DNA of 38,480 nucleotides. It comes from Octopus sinensis. Its lineage: Eukaryota. A program made the translations under genes and the position numbers. The stretch spans positions 1-38,480 of the forward strand of contig NW_021835763.1 in assembly GCF_006345805.1 (NCBI RefSeq), written 5' to 3'. Of this stretch, positions 35,301-38,480 are shown piece after piece (position 1 is the first letter of the stretch; each line of letters opens with the position of its first letter). The notes under the pieces were generated by a model. It was not told the DNA's origin and searched no databases. It was given only the letters and a program-made list of their open reading frames with translations.

Positions 35301-35399
35301 TGGTGTTTACGAGTTGCACATGGTGAAAGGCGGATGTTGTTGACGATAACAAGAGCAAAGTGGGTTTTTAAAGGCAAAAGAGTGGAGACAAGGTTGGTA

Positions 35400-37155
35400 A
35401 CCCAACAGATGTGTGTGTATGTGTGAGTGTGTGCGCGTGTGCTGTGTGTATGTGGTGGGTGAGGGCGAGATGAAAAAACAAAAAAAATAATGTGTGTGTT
35501 AGTGTGTGCGTCTGTGTGTAGGCGTGTGGGTTAGGGCGGGACGCAGTTGTGGTCAGCTAGCAGACGAGGTCAGTAGTAAGAAAAAGAAGGAAGGAGGAAG
35601 GGAGGTCAGTAGTAAGAAAAAGAAGGAAGGAGGAAGGGAGGGAGGGGAAGGGGTGGGGGCGTATGTAGCGTGCCAGCGTGTTGTGTGAGTAGTGTGTGTG
35701 TGTGTGTCCAGTGTCGTGGTGTATTAATGGCGAGTAGATTGAATGTGTGTAAGAGTGATGTATATATATAGGCAAGGTGTGTATATGTGTGCGCGTGTGT
35801 GTAACGAAAAAGGGGGGGGGTTAAGGAAAAAAGGGACTCCAGCTGAGGGGAAGATGGAAGAGTGGTACCGCGGAGACAGGCGTGGGAAAAACCAACGACA
35901 CGCGACTGGTCCCAGGAACAGGCGGGAGGTCTCGTCAGGTCCAAGGGCGAGGGTGTGTATGCGGCGCGTATGCAGCCGCGAGCCGGCGCAAGTGCGTATG
36001 TGCGCGTGCTGCGAGTATGCGCGTAAGTATGTATGTTGTGTGGATGCTTGTAGGGTGTGCGGGGTGCATGCATGCATGCATGTGCGTATGTGTGTGTGTG
36101 GTGCATGTGTGTGGGTATATAGTATGTGCGTATATGTGTGTGTATGTGCGTACATGGGTGTGTTGTGTGTATGATGTGGTGTATGTAGGTGGTAGGCGTG
36201 TGTGTATAGGTGTATGTATGTAAGTATGTGTGGGTGTGCCGTGTATGGTGTGTATGTATGTGTGTGTATGTAGGTGTGTGGGCGTGTGTATATGTGTGTG
36301 TGTTATGTAGGTGTGTGGGCGTGTGTATATAGGTGTATGTGGTGTATGTTTGGGGTGTCGTGCATGTTTGTGTGGGTGTGGTATGCATGTGTAGGGGGTG
36401 TGTGTGTACGTGTTTGTAATGTATGTGTGTATGCGTGTGTATGCGTGCGTGTGGTATGTAGGCGTGTGTATGTGTGTGGGGGTGTAGGTGGTGTGTTATG
36501 TTGGTGTGTGCGTATGTGAGTGTGAGTGTATGGGTTGTTGTCATGCATGTTGTGCGCGTGCAGGTGAGTGTGTGTGTAAGTATGTGTGTGGTATGGTTTG
36601 TGTGAGTGTGTAAGTGTGTATGTCTTTGGTGTATGTATGTGCGTTATAGGGTATGTGGGTATGTGTGTATGGATGTATATGGGTGTATGTATGTATGTGT
36701 GTGTGTGGCATGTGTATAAGTATATGTTGTGGCGTATGTGTGTATATGGTATGTGTGTGTGTTTATGTATGTGTGTATGTATGTGTGTAGGCGTGTGTGT
36801 GTAGATGTATGTATGTATGGGTGGGTGTCCGGTGTGATGTGGTGGTGTAGGTAGATGTTGTGTCTGAGTGAGGGTATGGCTGGTAGGTGTGTGTGTGTAT
36901 GAAGTATGGTGTGTGGTATACAAGTGTAATGTATGTATGTAGTGTATATAGAGATAGATATATATATATATATATAATATACATACATATATATATATCT
37001 ATATATATGCATAAATATTATACATACATACATATATATAGAGACATATTACTATTATACATATATATAATACATATATATATACATTAGATATATATAC
37101 ATACATATATAATACATATATATATATACATATAATTACAATATAATATACATAC

Positions 37156-37188
<33 letters not shown>

Positions 37189-37639
37189 CATACATATATA
37201 TATTACATATATATATACATATATATACATATACATATATATACATATACATATATATATATACATATATATATATACATTACATAGTCATATACCATAC
37301 ATATTATATACATACATACATATATAGATATACATATATAGATATATACATACATACATGTATATATATACATATATATATATATACATACATATATACA
37401 TATATATTATATAATATACATTATATATATACATATTATATATGTATATATATGTGTATATATATATATACTATACATATATATATATGTATAAGTATAT
37501 ATACAATATAATACACATATATATATATACATATATATATATGTATGGCATCTTCCTGAAAAGATTGGAGTCAGGCAGTAGTGGTTAATGGAGCCCCCTC
37601 TATGAACACACAAATATATATATAATACATATAATATAC

Positions 37640-37698
<59 letters not shown>

Positions 37699-37722
37699 CG
37701 AGTATATATATATGTATATATA

Positions 37723-37754
<32 letters not shown>

Positions 37755-37800
37755 ATATATGTATGTATATATATATATATATGTATTATATATAAACAGG
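35400..37800. repeat. Long degenerate (GT)/(GTAT) tract grading into (TA)/(CATA); possibly low-accuracy sequence
   Basis: Direct inspection. It explains all H/T/Y and V/C/M-rich ORFs here. Confidence 0.9.
37545..37616 (+). pseudogene. ~70-bp internal fragment of CR1/L2-group RT isolated within (TA)n
   Basis: Translates KDWSQAVVVNGAPSMNTQI, matching KDRKQAVVSNGATSRETQI in the LINE ORF at 1560-2111. Confidence 0.6.
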
Positions 37801-38480
37801 TGCAAATTTATGATCGTAGTGAAGTTTCTGTGTAACGAATTATTTGGATCGATTAAATATAACTTTGCGGGGAACAACTAATAAATGCTGATGTCTAAAT
37901 TTATTTTTAAAAATGCGATAAAGAAGTGCAATGCATTACTTTACCAGATATCCAATTAAATCATTTAATAGACAAACTATGATGAACATGATTGAGAAAA
38001 TTATGAGAGAAATAAATGTGTAATAATATAATTCATAATGTGTGATCTATAATGTATAATCAAGCTTCACTAATTATATATATAAATATATCATGCTGCA
38101 CTATACAATATATCGTATTTGTAGAAGGAAAACGTTTATACTTTACATGTTCCGAATTTATAGACCTCATATTTCCACTTTTATAAATTAATATATTTGA
38201 AAACCATTTTTGTAATTACAATTAATCTTCGAAATCGCTTAATCATAATTTCTTTTAACTTTAATAATTTAATCATTTAGCTGGTAACGCACTGTTATTT
38301 CATATACAAATCTCGCTGTACTCAGATTGAATCTATTTCCGTAATATCGATATCATCAAGTTTATTCTACAACATAATTTTGCTTCTCTTCGCTGCATCA
38401 GTTCCCTTAACATAAGTAAACATTAATGTGATTCTCCGAAGCAATCACAGTTTTATTAGCTTAAAATATCGTATGTTGTA

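Noticed and set aside
35890-35945. Minus-strand CTGACGA-GAC...GTC resembling a hammerhead
   Set aside because: GAAA is replaced by GCGT, there is no stem III or stem I, and it lies in scrambled sequence.

Overview
Eukaryotic, AT-rich, repeat-dominated DNA with no confidently identifiable host gene. The SINE families and dense (TA)n/(CA)n/(TAGA)n tracts resemble coleoid cephalopod (Octopus-like) sequence; this is inference from recalled repeat families. Main contents: a nearly intact Penelope-like retroelement (RT plus C-terminal GIY-YIG, 29704-35067) in partial-tandem form with ~1.73 kb pseudo-LTRs, each carrying a type I hammerhead ribozyme fold with an unusually long stem II; short non-coding hammerhead-like repeats of at least three other families, mostly in or beside (TA)n tracts; several degraded CR1/L2-group LINE copies; one Tc1 and two mariner relics; about a dozen tRNA-derived SINEs; and many microsatellites. 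Most short ORFs in the supplied track are microsatellite or antisense artefacts. Frameshifts in the Penelope-like ORF are mostly single-base homopolymer indels, which may be long-read errors rather than decay.
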